Assembly (NCBI RefSeq): GCF_001194135.2
Contig: NC_068984.1
Location: 52,884,786-52,948,785, forward strand
Reading direction: 5' to 3'
Length of the DNA stretch: 64,000 nt
From: Octopus bimaculoides
Taxonomy: Eukaryota
The notes under the pieces were generated by a model. It made no database searches. It was given only the letters and a program-made list of their open reading frames with translations, and had not been told where the DNA came from. This document shows positions 61,685-64,000 of the stretch, piece by piece (positions within the stretch are counted from its first letter, which is position 1; each line of letters starts with the position of its first letter). The position numbers were made by a program, and so were the translations under genes.

Positions 61685-61770
61685 GAAAAAGCTTGAAGAA
61701 TTAAAAACTGAATCAGATGATTTAAAGGCAGTTTTGGATTCTAATGAAGACACTGGAAAGAAACAGTCGG
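61685..61770 (+). CDS. TMF1: TMF1 coding exon 9
   Basis: tattttttag|G KKLEELKTESDDLKAVLDSNEDTGKKQS G|GTATGT; phase 2 to phase 1. Confidence 0.9.
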
Positions 61771-62503
61771 GTATGTCTTTCAGTAAAAGGAATGATACTA
61801 ATAGAGTGTTTGTGGATTTTTTCAAAACTGAGTAATTTTAGATACTATTAAAACCAATTGAGAAGAAATGAGATTAAACTTTTCAAATGTTATTTCTGAC
61901 AACATTTATTTTAATTGTTGATAGTTATTTATTATGTGGTAAATTATCGCATTTGTGATTTCTTGTGCTGTTTATTTTCAATTGCTTATTGAGAGATTTA
62001 ATATATACATAGATGATGATGATGGTTAAAACAAGATACTTTCCTTCACAACCTTGCTACCAAGTAGGTGGCTGGTCAAAATTTACTCTAAATTAAAAAG
62101 AGAAAGAGAACAACATGCATGCATGTATACATAGGCACATATGCGTGCATGCATTATTCCAAGTGTTGACTGGTTGTTTGTATGTATCTTTGAGTTACCG
62201 TTATTTGATAAAAGCATCCAAGATTTATTTACCAGTAAATATGGTGAATAGAAAATCATTAGAAGTATGTTTTTTTTTAATTAGAAATGAGTAAACATTA
62301 AATGTTTCTGTCAGCATGAAATAAGTATGCGGTGGTGGTGGTAGTGGCAGCGGTGGCGAAAGCTATATGTATGGATGCACATTAAAAAATATATAAAATG
62401 TAAAGACAGATTTTTTTTTAGGTAGTGAATTTATGCAAATATACTATAAAACTGTATATTTTCTGAATATTAATATTTTTTTACTGGTATTTGTTTTACT
62501 TAG

Positions 62504-62565
62504 AAACTATTTCTAAACTGAATACTGCATTAGTGAAGCAAGAGAAAGAAGTAACAAAATTAAAG
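62504..62565 (+). CDS. TMF1: TMF1 coding exon 10
   Basis: ttacttag|AA TISKLNTALVKQEKEVTKLK|GTAAAT; phase 1 to phase 0. Confidence 0.9.
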
Positions 62566-62599
62566 GTAAATTGATTATTCAAAAAAAAATATTGATAGA

Positions 62600-62960
62600 G
62601 GACATGCTACAATATGGACAGTATACTTAAGTGTACATCACTACTGATTGTAAATTTTACTGTATCCCAACACTATGTACATTTCACTTTACACCAACAC
62701 TAATTTTATTGTACATCAGTACTTCAGTACTTACAGTACACTTTTAGGTACATTTTAACTGATTGTATATCATACATCAACACTTACAGTACACTTTTAG
62801 GTAAACTAGTACTGAAAGTATACTTTTACTGTACACCAATACAGAAAGTACATTTTCTGTGTGTTAACACTGACACTTTACGTTAGTACTGATAGTAAAC
62901 TTCAATGTATATCAACACTACAGTATACTTTTATGTATACCGACATTGACAGAACATTTT
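62600..62960. repeat. Degenerate minisatellite (~30-bp units)
   Basis: Recurrent actga.agtacacttttactgtacaccaac-like units fill most of the 445-bp intron. Confidence 0.6.
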
Positions 62961-63010
62961 TCTATCTGTTATGTTAAATATTAAGTTGTAAAATTTATGT
63001 TATATTTTAG

Positions 63011-63075
63011 AATGACTTGGATGAGAGCCAAGAGAAAGTTCGAGGCTTACAGGTTGCTTTAGACAACTCATATAA
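63011..63075 (+). CDS. TMF1: TMF1 coding exon 11
   Basis: tattttag| NDLDESQEKVRGLQVALDNSY AA|GTAAGT (cf. human QAALDSAYKE). Confidence 0.92.
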
Positions 63076-63167
63076 GTAAGTTTAGTAAATATTATCAGTG
63101 CCTTTTTTTTTCATTTCTAACCTATTTATTTGTGCAGTGTTTCACTAAGTTTATTTAATCTTCCTAG

Positions 63168-63324
63168 GGAAATTGCTGAACTCAACAAAACCAATGCTGC
63201 TCGTGACAGCAAAGTCCAGGAAGCTGTACTCAGTGCAGAACTTCAAGTCCGAGAAGAGTTCAATTACTCCATGGAAAAAGATCGTCAAAAGGCTAGACTT
63301 GAAAAAGAGTCTTTTATATGTCAA
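63168..63324 (+). CDS. TMF1: TMF1 coding exon 12 (gene continues beyond window)
   Basis: ttcctag|G EIAELNKTNAARDSKVQEAVLSAELQVREEFNYSMEKDRQKARLEKESFICQ|GTAAGA (cf. human ELTDLHKANAAKDSEAQEAALS). Confidence 0.93.
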
Positions 63325-63379
63325 GTAAGAAAGAGAATTTTTATGTGCAATTTGTGATATCTATATATATATATATATG

Positions 63380-63764
63380 TTCTTGTCGGCACTCCATCCC
63401 TTACGACGTCGAGGGTTCCAGTTGATCCGATCAACGGAACAGCCTGCTCGTGAAATTAACGTGCAAGTGGCTGAGCACTCTACAGACACGTGTACCCTTA
63501 ACGTAGTTCTTGGGGATATTCAGCGTGACACAGTGTGACAAGGCTGACCCTTTGAATTACAGGCACAACAGAAACGGGAAGTGAGAGTGAGAGAAAGTTG
63601 TGGTGAAAGAGTACAGCAGGGTTCGCCACCATCCCCTGCCGGAGCCTCGTGGAGCTTTAGGTGTTTTCGCTCAATAAACACTCACAACGCCTGGTCTGGG
63701 AATTGAAACCGTGATCCTGTGACCGCGAGACCTTTGCCCAAACCACTGGGCCATTGCACCTCCA
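63380..63764 (-). mobile_element. Young full-length tRNA-derived SINE
   Basis: Reverse reads ggaggtgcaatggcccagtgg (A box)...ggtttcaattccc (B box), body, and a tail shared with 26700-26886; CpGs retained; flanked by (TA)n on both sides. Confidence 0.88.
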
Positions 63765-64000
63765 CTATATATATATATTGGTCAAATAGACTCAAGTACT
63801 TTGGTACTTATTAAGCTCCCATTTTATTAACTGGCTAATTCCTCTTTATTGTAAAGAGTAACACATAAATAAATACCATGCAGTATTTTTGCTTAGTGCA
63901 CCTATTTAACAGCAATCTGTTGATATGTAGGTGTGTGTGTGTGTGTATGAATGATCCAAGGACCCAAGTGTAGGAAGTTGGTAAGATTCAAGCAGTGAGT

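Noticed and set aside
56232-61800. GTAT-starting donors (56232 and 61771) as U12-type introns
   Set aside because: They read GTATGT, not GTATCCTT; ordinary U2 donors.

Overview
AT-rich, microsatellite-laden animal genomic DNA with several assembly gaps. The repeat landscape (tRNA-headed SINEs with internal (TA)n/(CA)n, RTE-type LINE 3' fragments with (GAT)n tails) looks like a coleoid cephalopod, probably Octopus; this is inferred from repeat recognition, not from a search. Two protein-coding genes lie head-to-head about 11 kb apart. On the minus strand is the first coding exon of a mitochondrial carrier resembling UCP4/SLC25A27 (4693-4777, missed by the ORF track; the rest of the gene appears to lie left of the window). 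On the plus strand is TMF1 (TATA element modulatory factor/ARA160 golgin): a probable non-coding exon 1 near 15570-15700 and 12 phase-consistent coding exons from 19939 to 63324, continuing past the window, with a 26 kb intron. The remainder is transposon-derived: SINEs, RTE and CR1-like LINE relics, Helitron-like elements, an internally deleted mariner, piggyBac/Tc1/hAT-type MITEs and a solo LTR. The most striking object is a short element at 44957-45195 (minus strand) that joins a tRNA-like Pol III B-box to a complete minimal type I hammerhead ribozyme and a 3' stem-loop, i.e. a candidate ribozyme-bearing SINE or retrozyme. Second is a diverged partial copy of the big TMF1 exon that has kept its reading frame exactly between a phase-1 acceptor and a strong phase-1 donor, a candidate newborn cassette exon. 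There are no CRISPR arrays, rRNA genes or bona fide tRNA genes. Repeat boundaries are approximate (about +/-20 nt) unless termini are stated.
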